Shown here: positions 1 to 8,669 of the stretch, piece by piece
Numbering within the stretch: the first letter of the stretch is position 1
Layout: each line of letters starts with the position of its first letter
NCBI GenBank assembly: GCA_963745075.1
Contig: CAVUWV010000016.1
Location: 1 to 27,089, forward strand
Source of the DNA: Candidatus Hydrogenedentota bacterium
GTDB lineage: Bacteria > Hydrogenedentota > Hydrogenedentia > Hydrogenedentales > SLHB01
DNA: 27,089 nt
Direction of reading: 5' to 3'
Program-made: the position numbers and the translations under genes
The notes under the pieces: generated by a model
What the model was told of the DNA's origin: nothing
Seen by the model: only the letters and a program-made list of their open reading frames with translations
The model's database searches: none

Positions 1-1
1 T

Positions 2-256
2 TCATGATGTTTGGGGACTTCGAGGGGCTGGAGGCGAATTGAGTTCTGGACGATAATCCCTCAACGCTGAACGGACTCGCTGATCAACAACTAACGTCAC
101 TCCGAGGAGCCAAAACGTACGAAGCGGGACGAAAGCCAGTGCAAGAACAGCGAAGTAACTCCACAAGGGATAGCGGAGCAATCGCATCGTACCGACCAAT
201 GCAACGACAAGCACAACGGTCAAGCCGATCTCTCCCAAAAACCAGAATGTGATCAA
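2..256 (-). CDS. Small hypothetical membrane protein; 5' end uncertain, reading frame is open up to the IS630 boundary
   Basis: Two to three hydrophobic segments (IGLTVVLVVALVG, WSYFAVLALAFVP, FWLLGVTLVV); TTG start without a clear RBS; stop at 2-4. Confidence 0.45.
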   Translation of the reverse strand: MITFWFLGEIGLTVVLVVALVGTMRLLRYPLWSYFAVLALAFVPLRTFWLLGVTLVVDQRVRSALRDYRPELNSPPAPRSPQTS

Positions 257-296
257 ATCCAGAAATCGCGCGTGTTCCCAATTTTGCGCAATGCTA

Positions 297-309
297 GTGG
301 TTTGATTTA
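297..309. repeat. IS630 terminal inverted repeat (left in window)
   Basis: GTGGTTTGATTTA is the reverse complement of 1461-1473 with one mismatch; imperfect similarity extends about 25 bp with a gap. Confidence 0.88.
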
Positions 310-1392
310 AGCTGATGGATCATTATGCATTGCGATACGCGCACGGCCGACTTTCTCGATGATCTTCTCTGCGGTGGCTGTCCATACGAAAGGTTTTGGG
401 TCCCGGTTATGCGCCTCGATGAATTCTTTGATGGCCCTTTTCAGATCGGCGACGCTCTTGAAGATGCCGCGGCGCAAACGTTTCTGGGTGAGCTTGGCGA
501 AGAAGCCTTCGATGACATTGAGCCAAGAGCTGCTGGTCGGCGTGAAATGGATATGAAACCGGGGGTGCCGTTTCAGCCAATTCTTCACCTTCTCGTGTTT
601 GTGCGTGGCATAGTTGTCCACGATCAAATGGACGTTCAAGGCGGACGGCGTTTCCTTGTCAATCAGCTTGAGGAACTTGATCCATTCTTGATGGCGGTGC
701 TTGTCCATGCAGGTCGATATGACCTGCCCCTCGGCCATCTCAACGGCCGCAAAGAGCGTGGTCGTTCCGTTGCGCTTGTAGTCATGCGTCATCGTGCCGC
801 AACGGCCTTTCTTGATAGGCAGTTCCGGCTGCGTCCGGTCAAGTGCCTGAATCGATGTCTTCTCATCGGCGCTAATCACCAGCGCGTGCTCGGGTGGGTT
901 CAAGTACAATCCCACCACGTCGCGCAGCTTCTCCTCGAAGCGCGGATCGTTGCTGACTTTGAACGTCTTCACCAGGTGCGGCTTGAGCCCGTTGGCGCGC
1001 AGCACGCGGAAGACGAGGTTCTGACTGGTTCCGACAGCTTCGGCAAGTTCACGGGTAGTCCAGTGGGTGGCGTTGTTGGGCTTCTCTTCCTGTACCTTCT
1101 TGATGATGGAAGCCTCATGTTTCTCGCGCTCTGTGGCGTGGCGTCCGCCACGGGGCAGGTCTTTGTCGATGACCGCCAAGCCGCCTTTCGCAAAGCGCCC
1201 GCGCCAACGCCCAACCGTTCGTTCCATTACGCCGAGCATTTTGGCGATATCTTTGTTTTGCAGGCCTTGCTCTGCCAGCAGGATTATCTTAGCCCGTTGC
1301 ACCAAGCGCGCCGGCGTGCTGCGTCCTCGCGACCATTTCGTCAGTGTTTGCTGTTCTTCCTCATTGAGGTGTATCTTCGCTGCTATGCGCAT
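307..1392 (-). CDS. IS630-family transposase
   Basis: N-terminal HTH ([12 protein letters not shown]...TVGRWRGRF); DDE triad in [16 protein letters not shown] and [22 protein letters not shown] motif; ATG at 1392 preceded by GGAGAGG; the stop codon overlaps the TIR. Confidence 0.95.
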   Translation of the reverse strand: MRIAAKIHLNEEEQQTLTKWSRGRSTPARLVQRAKIILLAEQGLQNKDIAKMLGVMERTVGRWRGRFAKGGLAVIDKDLPRGGRHATEREKHEASIIKKVQEEKPNNATHWTTRELAEAVGTSQNLVFRVLRANGLKPHLVKTFKVSNDPRFEEKLRDVVGLYLNPPEHALVISADEKTSIQALDRTQPELPIKKGRCGTMTHDYKRNGTTTLFAAVEMAEGQVISTCMDKHRHQEWIKFLKLIDKETPSALNVHLIVDNYATHKHEKVKNWLKRHPRFHIHFTPTSSSWLNVIEGFFAKLTQKRLRRGIFKSVADLKRAIKEFIEAHNRDPKPFVWTATAEKIIEKVGRARIAMHNDPSA

Positions 1393-1460
1393 GGTCCTCT
1401 CCACATTGCGAGCCAGTTATATACAGAACGCATACGACAAACGATAAATTCCCTCAACTA

Positions 1461-1473
1461 TAAATCACACCAC
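1461..1473. repeat. IS630 terminal inverted repeat (right in window)
   Basis: TAAATCACACCAC followed by TAG; pairs with 297-309. Confidence 0.88.
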
Positions 1474-1531
1474 TAGACTGGCTGCAATCGGGTTCCGACG
1501 TTCCGAATCGGTAGTAAGGGGGTTCAGACGA

Positions 1532-2746
1532 ATGCAGGTTCGACCGTGGTTACAGTTTTCTATTCCGTTTTCCGCTCTTGTCATTCTCACGGGATTGGGC
1601 GTGCCGAGGGTTTACAGCCAAACCGCGCCACCAAAACGCGTGAATTACGACATCCAACTCGACACCATCACGTCCGGGTTCGATCACGAGACCTGCTGGG
1701 TCCATCCGCGCGCGGGGACCACCCCCGGCGAGCCTCCGATTGTGGTGATGACCATGCAGAAGCTGTTGCTGAGCGGATCGGACGTGTTCTATGCGTTAAA
1801 CGAAATGCGCACGGACGATATGGGCAAAACGTGGACTGGTCCCGTCGAACGTGAAACGCTTGGCCGTCGCGATGAGCCGAATGGATTGACGACGGTGATC
1901 TGCGATTTCACGCCGAAGTGGCACGCCCAATCCGGCAAGCTGCTGGGAACGGGTCATCTCGCGAAGTACGAGGGTGATCACCTCGCCAAGGACTACGAAC
2001 GCGCGACAACCTACTCCTGGTATGATCCCGAGGCGCGCACCTGGGCGCCGTGGAAGACCGTCACCATGCCGGACGACCCGAAATTCTACAGTTCCGGCGC
2101 GGGCTGCACGCAGCGCGTCGATTTGCCCAACGGCGATATCCTGTTGCCCATTTATTTCAAAGGAAAAGGCGATAACACCGCGTCGGCTGCTGTCATGCGC
2201 TGCCGCTTCGACGGGGAGACGCTCACCTATGTCGAGCATGGCACCGAACTCACGGTCGATGTCCCGCGCGGATTGGGCGAACCTTCGCTGGCCGAATTTC
2301 GGGGCCGGTTTTTCCTGACCTTGCGCAACGACGTAAAGGGCTACGTCACCAGCGGTAAGGACGGTTTGCACTTCGACGCCATACGACCCTGGACTTTTGA
2401 TGACGGCGAGGAACTCGGCAGTTACAACACGCAACAACACTGGGTCACCCATCCCGACGCGTTGTTCCTGGTCTACACCCGCCGCGATCCGAAGTATGAC
2501 CACGTGTTCCGCCACCGCGCCCCGCTCCGCATCGCGCAAGTGGACCCGGATCGTCTCTGCGTCCTCCGCGACACCGAACGCATTCTCGTGCCCGAACGCG
2601 GCGCCCGCCTCGGCAATTTCGCCGTGACCAAGGTGAATGATCGCGAAACCTGGGTCACCGTGGCCGAATGGATGCAACCCGTGGGTTGCGAGAAGTACGG
2701 TTCCGACAACAGCGTCTACGCCGCCCGGATCATCTGGAAGGAGTGA
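1532..2746 (+). CDS. Secreted BNR/Asp-box beta-propeller, exo-alpha-sialidase-like protein
   Basis: N-terminal signal peptide; Asp-box TDDMGKTW and degenerate SGKDGLHF; GDILLPIYF and GLGEPSL motifs typical of sialidase-like propellers. Confidence 0.8.
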   Translation: MQVRPWLQFSIPFSALVILTGLGVPRVYSQTAPPKRVNYDIQLDTITSGFDHETCWVHPRAGTTPGEPPIVVMTMQKLLLSGSDVFYALNEMRTDDMGKTWTGPVERETLGRRDEPNGLTTVICDFTPKWHAQSGKLLGTGHLAKYEGDHLAKDYERATTYSWYDPEARTWAPWKTVTMPDDPKFYSSGAGCTQRVDLPNGDILLPIYFKGKGDNTASAAVMRCRFDGETLTYVEHGTELTVDVPRGLGEPSLAEFRGRFFLTLRNDVKGYVTSGKDGLHFDAIRPWTFDDGEELGSYNTQQHWVTHPDALFLVYTRRDPKYDHVFRHRAPLRIAQVDPDRLCVLRDTERILVPERGARLGNFAVTKVNDRETWVTVAEWMQPVGCEKYGSDNSVYAARIIWKE

Positions 2747-2820
2747 CTCCGGTGTTGGTGCGTCTCTCCCGGCCCCGATTGCTCCATGCCCCGTAAGCCG
2801 TTGGCGTACTGTAGCGGGGG

Positions 2821-2849
2821 TTGACAATTTGGGCCGACCTTCGTATAGT
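2821..2849 (+). promoter_or_regulatory. Near-consensus sigma70 promoter
   Basis: TTGACA (2821-2826), 17-nt spacer, TATAGT (2844-2849): 11 of 12 consensus positions in GC-rich DNA. Confidence 0.8.
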
Positions 2850-2955
2850 GGCGCGTGCTGGAGAAGTACAAGGCGAATTCGAGTCGCCGGGATCCCGTTG
2901 GGAGGGGTTGAGGCGTACTCATGTGTCGAATGTCGCGGAAAATGGAGGGTATAGC

Positions 2956-3042
2956 ATGTTCATCTTGTTGACGTTATTGTGGGCGCCGATCTGGCTTATC
3001 TACTTCGTCCTAGCTGCGATCGCGGACGGTGGAATCCTCTAA
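2956..3042 (+). CDS. 28-aa hydrophobic single-TM peptide MFILLTLLWAPIWLIYFVLAAIADGGIL
   Basis: ATG at 2956 preceded by GGAGG RBS at good spacing; lies downstream of a strong promoter and upstream of a terminator hairpin. The track's 73-aa ORF starts inside the -35 box, so its start is likely wrong. Confidence 0.7.
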   Translation: MFILLTLLWAPIWLIYFVLAAIADGGIL

Positions 3043-3078
3043 TCGCGGGAAGATGCCTGAAAGTTTGTAGTTTCTAAG

Positions 3079-3120
3079 AAGTTAGGGTTCAACGGGGGCG
3101 ACCCGTTGAACCCTAACTTT
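3079..3120 (+). terminator. Long perfect hairpin, likely intrinsic terminator
   Basis: AAGTTAGGGTTCAACGGG, loop GGCGA, CCCGTTGAACCCTAACTT: an 18-bp perfect stem ending in T residues. Confidence 0.75.
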
Positions 3121-3227
3121 GTATCTGCTGTGCCGAATCTCCGGATTTCAAATTCGTGCGCGCTGGCTACCGGTTCTACTGCGTAAACTGGCTTCGCAAC
3201 GATGCGCCGAGCTTTCAATATATCAAG

Positions 3228-3254
3228 CGGCGCCCGGGGTGAAGCCGGGCGCCG
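3228..3254 (-). terminator. GC-rich hairpin downstream of the 3288-5429 gene
   Basis: CGGCGCCCGG/CCGGGCGCCG 10-bp stem with 7-nt loop, followed on the minus strand by AT-rich CTTGATATATTG. Confidence 0.55.
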
Positions 3255-3287
3255 ATGGGTTGCACTAGGAACGATTGTTGACGTCGG

Positions 3288-5429
3288 CTACTTGATGAAA
3301 CCGTGGTACAGGCCCATGTAGTAGGGCAACAAGAACACGGTCCCGCTCGCGAGTTCTCTGCCGTCACCGCCGTAATTGAGCGACCAAGGATCAGTATTCC
3401 AATGACCGAAATGGCGGTTCTCCACGGGGAGCACTTTGCCGTTGACGCGATAACCGCGACGGCCGGGCCGCATGTCTTCAATCGGGTCCACTGCCTGTTG
3501 GCGCGGCAACATAAGGAGATCGATGCGCTGGCTGTTTTTACAGGCCCAGTTACAGCGGTCCAAGGAAAACCCTTTCAAGGTCGCGACGGAATCTTCGAGC
3601 CACCCGTCCCACGGCGCGATGCGGTTGGTCATCCAGGGGTTCGTCCACGTGGCATCCACGCCAAACGCCGCGTACGCGAAGTTGAAGAAGGGGTTCATCT
3701 CCGGCTGTTCGACCGTCCACGCGCTATAGAACGAGTACATAATTTTGCTGAGCAGCTCGTCGTCTTTCGCATATTTGACGAGATTGTAGTACGACATGAA
3801 GGCCATCTCGTCGTCGGATTGGTTGCCCGATCCGATACCGCGATGGATCTTGTAGATCATGGCGTTGGTGTCGTACGCGTATTTGTCGCACAGTTCCTTC
3901 ATGCACTCGCCGTACTTCGGGTCGCCGGTCATGTGCCGGGCCACCGCTAGGTACGACAACATACTCAAGGACTTCAGCCCGCGCTCTCCCCACCAGTTTG
4001 GATCGTGGTTGAGCGACTGCGGATCGTAATAGCCCCAGCGCGTCGGGGTGCCGTCGTGGTCGACCAGATCGTATCCGTGATCGATCAGGTGATCCGTCAG
4101 GTCGCGCACCACCTCGCGGACCCGCTCCTTTTCCTCGTCCGTGTCGGCGACGAGATCGTAGTACCGGGGATAGAAGAAGTAATGGCCGTCGAGTTCGTCC
4201 GAGCTGGTGTCGCTCTTCCAATACCATTTCTTGTCCGCGCTCAAGGGCCAGCGGGGCTCGTAGACCTTCCACAGTTTGTCGCCTTCGTCATGCTCTCTTT
4301 GATCGCGTTCGAGGCGGCCCACATTCGGGTCGGGTCCGCTGGCGGGAAGAATGGTGCGCGCGACGTAGCCCTTGGGCGGACTGTGATCGCAGCCCTGCGT
4401 CACCTTCTGCAGGAACCGCAACGCCTCAAACGCCCGTTTGGCGCGATCCTTGGCCTTGGGATCGCCCGTCGCGGCATAGGCGAAGCATTCGCCCGCGCCG
4501 TACATGGACGTCCAAAGCCCGTCGTTATCGCTGTCGCTGTAATTGATGTGGCTCTTGTCGCCCGGGGCATCGAGATGCACTTCGGAGACGTAGCCGTACT
4601 TGGTCCGGCGGATGTACTTCTCCATTTCCTCTTCGTAGATATCCGCCTTCTCGGCGAGGGTCATCATGCGCCGCTCGATGCAGCCGACGCCGTCAGCGGT
4701 TGCGAACCACGCGTCGCCATTCGCGTCGACGGCGACGGAACGAATCTCATCATTCGGTAGCCAGCCAAGGCCTTGGCGGTACGCCCACCCCTGATTGTCA
4801 TAACGGACGGCGCCCATGCGCGTCCCGAACCACACCGTGCCGTCGGGACCCGCCGCTGCACAGGTGAAATCGTTGTAGGGAAGACCGTCTTGGCCTGTGT
4901 AAAACTTCCACCCCTCGTGCGTCTCGCAACCGACGCCGGCTAACGTCGCGAACCAAAGCTGGCCTTCGCTGTCGAAGGCGACGCCACGCACGTCATCCAC
5001 GGCCCATTGGCGACCCATTTGGTCGTCGACGACGATGGGCTTGAAACCGGTGGGCGTCTTTTCCAACAGTCCCTTGCTGGTCGCCGCGACGAGACGACTC
5101 TCCTGGGATTGGGCGATTTGGTTTGTGATGCCCGCGATCTCAGTGTAGACGTTTGCGTCGATCCGCCCGGGCAGCAGATCTTGGGCCGGCTCTTGCATTC
5201 CCGACCAATGGCGCTCTTTCAGAACCGCCCAGCCCGAAGCCGTTTCAGCGTACACACTCCCGTCGGCCCCAATATACACGGAGCGAACGTCGTTTGACGG
5301 AAGTCCGTCATCGGCCGAGTACTTTACCGCCACTTCTTGCGGGTATTTGCCGACGGTTATGCTCGGCACTTCGCTATGGGCGGCTGCGGCCGCGAACAGG
5401 CAGGAGAGTAGCATGAGGCAAGGTCGCAT
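3288..5429 (-). CDS. Secreted protein: two-component-regulator-type propeller repeats plus a C-terminal helical (possibly (alpha/alpha)-barrel) domain; uncharacterised, possibly glycan-active
   Basis: Signal peptide MRPCLMLL...AAAAHS; repeats GLPSNDV, GLPYNDF and WLPNDEI followed by DG.xWF; conserved-looking acidic/aromatic motifs DNDGLWTSMY and WKSDTSSDELDGH. Start chosen at ATG 5429 with AAGGA upstream. Confidence 0.7.
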   Translation of the reverse strand: MRPCLMLLSCLFAAAAAHSEVPSITVGKYPQEVAVKYSADDGLPSNDVRSVYIGADGSVYAETASGWAVLKERHWSGMQEPAQDLLPGRIDANVYTEIAGITNQIAQSQESRLVAATSKGLLEKTPTGFKPIVVDDQMGRQWAVDDVRGVAFDSEGQLWFATLAGVGCETHEGWKFYTGQDGLPYNDFTCAAAGPDGTVWFGTRMGAVRYDNQGWAYRQGLGWLPNDEIRSVAVDANGDAWFATADGVGCIERRMMTLAEKADIYEEEMEKYIRRTKYGYVSEVHLDAPGDKSHINYSDSDNDGLWTSMYGAGECFAYAATGDPKAKDRAKRAFEALRFLQKVTQGCDHSPPKGYVARTILPASGPDPNVGRLERDQREHDEGDKLWKVYEPRWPLSADKKWYWKSDTSSDELDGHYFFYPRYYDLVADTDEEKERVREVVRDLTDHLIDHGYDLVDHDGTPTRWGYYDPQSLNHDPNWWGERGLKSLSMLSYLAVARHMTGDPKYGECMKELCDKYAYDTNAMIYKIHRGIGSGNQSDDEMAFMSYYNLVKYAKDDELLSKIMYSFYSAWTVEQPEMNPFFNFAYAAFGVDATWTNPWMTNRIAPWDGWLEDSVATLKGFSLDRCNWACKNSQRIDLLMLPRQQAVDPIEDMRPGRRGYRVNGKVLPVENRHFGHWNTDPWSLNYGGDGRELASGTVFLLPYYMGLYHGFIK

Positions 5430-5611
5430 GATTTCCAAGTCCTTCAGGTAGGCGGGTGCCGTCATAGCATTGCCATAACGAACACGCGCGCATTGTGTGC
5501 ACCGGCGCGTGCGCCGTCGCCGGACGAAAATGCAATCCGGCAATCAGTTAGCTTACAGGTCGTGCGAGGGGCGATCAACCTGCGTGCCCAGGGGTGCGCA
5601 GGGGATAGTCG

Positions 5612-5641
5612 ACACGGACAAACACGAACCGGCACGGACGG
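5612..5641. repeat. Three degenerate 10-bp tandem units (consensus about ACACGGAC.)
   Basis: ACACGGACAA ACACGAACCG GCACGGACGG in the intergenic region. Confidence 0.45.
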
Positions 5642-5696
5642 CCGCGGCGGATGGGAAAGAATAGTGTGATTGCCGGCACGCGTCATCTCGGAGTGT

Positions 5697-7070
5697 CTAC
5701 GCCTCCGCGATTCCAATGGGTTCCCAGGACTTCCAGCGGCCCCGGGTGAAGTCGGGGAAATCGACGGTTTCGGCCCGGTTGGCGACGGACTTTTCGCTCA
5801 AGGGGCCGACTACGCTCCAGGCGGCCGCGTCGTACACGCCCATATCGAGCGGCAACCCTTCGCGCAGGCACTTGATGAGGCGATAGTCTTCGATGTAGTC
5901 CATTCCGCCGTGACCGGCTCCACTGGCATCCGGGCCGATTTGGGTCCATAGGGGATGCTCGAATTCGGGGCGGTACTGGTCCAACGGTTCCCAGGTGTCG
6001 GCAGGGCTGCGCCCCTCGATACAAATGCGATCGGGGAAACCCGCCGTGATGGCCTTCGTACCTTGCAGCATGTTGATGCGGCTATACGGACGCGGGGCAT
6101 CGCAACTGTACTGAACCATAATGGTACGCCCCTTGTCGGTCTTGATGAGGCTCGTATTGTAATCGCCGTTGACAAAGGTCTCTTTGCGGCGCGGGTCGTC
6201 TTTCGGGAAATGTTCCTCGGCGTAGCGCTTCAGGCCCATCGACGGCGAACTCACGGAGACCATGTAGCTGAATTGGTCTCCACGATTAATGTTCATGCAT
6301 TGGGCGATGGGTCCGAGACCGTGCGTGGGATACAGGTTTCCGTTGCGGGACATGCTGTCCTCGCGGCGCCAGCGACCCGCCTCGCCGGAGGAGAATTTGA
6401 ACTCCCGGAGATCGTGAAGGTATCCACCTTCTCCATGGAGGAGATCGCCGAAGACGCCGCGTCGGACCATGAGCAGAATCTGCAATTCCGCCTGGCCGTA
6501 GCAGCAATTCTCCATCATGATGCAGTGCTTCTGTTGCTTCTCCGCGGTTTCGACGAGTTGCCAGCACTCTTCCACCGTGACCGCAGCCGGAACTTCGGTA
6601 GCGGCATGTTTGCCGTTTTCCATGGCAGAGACGCAGACCGGCACGTGCCAGTGCCACGGTGTTGCCGTGTACACGAGGTCCAAATCTTCCTCCGCGCACA
6701 TGCGTTTGAAATCGGTCTCGCCCCGGGTGTAGCCGGTCGGCTTCGGAAACCCGGAGTCTTCCACCATCTTTTGAGCGGCTGCCGCTTTGGATTCTACGAT
6801 GTCGCAAACTGCGGTAATCTGGCATCCTTCGATTTTGAGCAGATTCCCGACATGATTGCTGCCCATGTTGCCCACGCCAACGAATCCGATGCGCACGTTA
6901 TCAATGGGTGGCGCCACGAATGGTTGCTCGGGCGCCGGTCCGAGAGTGTCCGGGACTGCCGCGTATGCCGTACGACTCGCAGCCAACACGCCCGCGCTCG
7001 CGCCGAGGCGAATAAAGTCGCGGCGGTTCATATCATAGTGGTGCGTGGTGTCGTCTGTTTCGTGCGCCAT
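5697..7070 (-). CDS. Tat-exported Gfo/Idh/MocA-family NAD-dependent glycosidase, GH109 (alpha-N-acetylgalactosaminidase-like)
   Basis: Tat motif NRRDFI; Rossmann GFVGVGNMG; EVPAA, MMENCCY, NGNLYPTHGLGP, PRPYSR and GHGGMD motifs typical of GH109. Confidence 0.88.
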   Translation of the reverse strand: MAHETDDTTHHYDMNRRDFIRLGASAGVLAASRTAYAAVPDTLGPAPEQPFVAPPIDNVRIGFVGVGNMGSNHVGNLLKIEGCQITAVCDIVESKAAAAQKMVEDSGFPKPTGYTRGETDFKRMCAEEDLDLVYTATPWHWHVPVCVSAMENGKHAATEVPAAVTVEECWQLVETAEKQQKHCIMMENCCYGQAELQILLMVRRGVFGDLLHGEGGYLHDLREFKFSSGEAGRWRREDSMSRNGNLYPTHGLGPIAQCMNINRGDQFSYMVSVSSPSMGLKRYAEEHFPKDDPRRKETFVNGDYNTSLIKTDKGRTIMVQYSCDAPRPYSRINMLQGTKAITAGFPDRICIEGRSPADTWEPLDQYRPEFEHPLWTQIGPDASGAGHGGMDYIEDYRLIKCLREGLPLDMGVYDAAAWSVVGPLSEKSVANRAETVDFPDFTRGRWKSWEPIGIAEA

Positions 7071-7150
7071 GAGGATTTCCTTCCCAAGTATTGTGGGGCC
7101 ATGACTCCGATTACTTTCCATTCGCCCGGATGAACGTAGCTGACGCCTAA

Positions 7151-7173
7151 ACGCGGCTGGAAGCCGCGTCTAC
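7151..7173 (-). repeat. GTAG-tagged REP-like palindrome
   Basis: Minus strand reads GTAG-ACGCGGCT-TCC-AGCCGCGT: a GTAG tag plus an 8-bp perfect stem, intergenic. Confidence 0.7.
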
Positions 7174-7214
7174 TTTGGTCACTGCGATCCACGAATCCGA
7201 TGTATAAACTCGAA

Positions 7215-8606
7215 TTAGTCTTCCGGCCACCAGCGTGCGCCGCCGTCGAGGGTATCGGTGTGGGGGCCGTTATACGCCGCGGCGGGAGGTGGCAGAAAAT
7301 CGTGGGTCGCGTTCATCCATTTACCCAGGGCCTGCTGCATCGTCCTTACGCGATCGGCCCGATCGGAATCGTCAGCGAGGTTGTGCCATTCGCCCGGATC
7401 GGTTTCGAGATCGTAGAGTTCCACACGCGGCTTGGTATCGTTCAAGTACCACGTCAACGGTTCCTTCAACTTGCCTTCCTCGGCGAGCCTGCGAATGGAC
7501 TGAAAACTCGGCGACCGCAGTAGGTCCAGACTATTCAGGTTGCCCACTTCGGGGCGGTAATTCTGAATGAGCTTATATCGCTCGCCCACGACGCACCGCG
7601 CGGGATCCCAGTTGTCGTGCCAGTTGCGTTCGGAGTACACATACTCGTGCACGGCGTCCGTTTCGCCCCGCAATAGCGGCGCCAGCGATTGGGCTTCCAT
7701 CTCCTTTGGAATGGTTGCGCTCGCCACATCGAGCCACGTCGCCGCGAGATCCATGAGGGACACGAGGGCGCTCGTGGACTGCCCTTTGCCTGTTTTGCCA
7801 GGCCACCGCGCCAGAAGGTGAACGCGAATTCCCGGCTCGTACAACGTCGCCTTCGCGCGCGGGAACGGCATGCCGTTGTCACCCGCCATCATGACCAGCG
7901 TGTTGTCCGCCAGCCCACGTTCGTCGAGCAGAGCGAGAATTTCGCCGGATTCGCGATCGAACCGCGCGATCTCGTCGTAATAGAGGGCCAAATCCTTGCG
8001 CACTTCCGGCGTGTCGGGGAGGAATTCGGGGACCACCACCTGGTTCGGATCGTGGGGCGGGTCCGTGGCGCCGGGCGCGTAGTCCCGGTGCGGATCGGTC
8101 GATCCGAACCACAGGAAAAACGGTTTATCTTTCGGACGTTCGTCGAAGAACTTCGAGAAAGGCTGCCCCACGCCCGCGTAGAAATCGAACTGCTTCTGGA
8201 TGAATCCCTGATGCACCTTGCGGTACGCGCCCGTGAAATAGCCCGCGGCTTTCAACAAATCCGGTACGTTGGCAGCGTCCGGGTACGCGTTCATGTGCAG
8301 ACGTGACGCGCCAATCGCGTGAGGCGTACGTCCGGTCAGAATGCTGGCCCGGCTTGGACTACACTGCGGGCTCGTCACATAGGCCCGATCGAATCGCACG
8401 CCCGCTGCCGCCAGCGCATCGAGGTTTGGCGTGCGAATGGCCGTGTTTCCATAGCACCCCAGATCCGGCACGCTCTGGTCGTCGGAGAAGAGAAAAACGA
8501 TGTTCGGGCGTTCCGAGGTGCCTTGCGCCATCACCGTGGGGGATCCCAAGAGCGCCGCACTTCCGACTGCCGCGGTTTGCATAAACTCCCGGCGGGATGG
8601 GTTCAT
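7215..8606 (-). CDS. Tat-exported formylglycine-dependent sulfatase (sulfamidase/heparan N-sulfatase-like)
   Basis: SRREF Tat motif; RPNIVFLFSDD; CSPSRASILTG signature; DPHR, GDNG and ELYDLETDPGEWHNLA motifs; GGAG upstream of ATG 8606. Confidence 0.92.
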   Translation of the reverse strand: MNPSRREFMQTAAVGSAALLGSPTVMAQGTSERPNIVFLFSDDQSVPDLGCYGNTAIRTPNLDALAAAGVRFDRAYVTSPQCSPSRASILTGRTPHAIGASRLHMNAYPDAANVPDLLKAAGYFTGAYRKVHQGFIQKQFDFYAGVGQPFSKFFDERPKDKPFFLWFGSTDPHRDYAPGATDPPHDPNQVVVPEFLPDTPEVRKDLALYYDEIARFDRESGEILALLDERGLADNTLVMMAGDNGMPFPRAKATLYEPGIRVHLLARWPGKTGKGQSTSALVSLMDLAATWLDVASATIPKEMEAQSLAPLLRGETDAVHEYVYSERNWHDNWDPARCVVGERYKLIQNYRPEVGNLNSLDLLRSPSFQSIRRLAEEGKLKEPLTWYLNDTKPRVELYDLETDPGEWHNLADDSDRADRVRTMQQALGKWMNATHDFLPPPAAAYNGPHTDTLDGGARWWPED

Positions 8607-8669
8607 TCTGTTGTGCTCCATATTCGTTGAAAAAGACCTTCGGTCCGAATGGATCAGACCCATGCGGGA

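Larger units (their letters stand above)
297..1473 (-). mobile_element. IS630-family insertion sequence, apparently complete
   Basis: Single IS630 transposase; terminal inverted repeats GTGGTTTGATTTA (297-309) and TAAATCACACCAC (1461-1473) match 12/13; flanked by duplicated TA (295-296, 1474-1475) in a CTAG context, typical of IS630. Confidence 0.93.

Noticed and set aside
325..1476. 383-aa plus-strand ORF spanning the IS630
   Set aside because: Antisense shadow of the transposase; no motifs; common in GC-rich DNA.
2821..2955. N-terminal extension of the small peptide to 73 aa as in the ORF track
   Set aside because: Its TTG start is the -35 hexamer itself, and a strong RBS sits before ATG 2956.
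3121..3230. Antisense (antitoxin) promoter facing the peptide gene
   Set aside because: The best minus-strand candidate (TTGCGA-15-TAGAAC) has poor spacing and sequence; not supportable.
5955..7133. Long antisense ORFs (also 1796-2827, 16571-18064, 24383-25714 and others)
   Set aside because: They overlap well-supported genes on the opposite strand and lack recognisable motifs; a codon-bias artefact.
7349..7372. Third copy of the 9-bp repeat inside the sulfatase (DDSDRADR)
   Set aside because: Only a short partial match that is explainable by codon usage.
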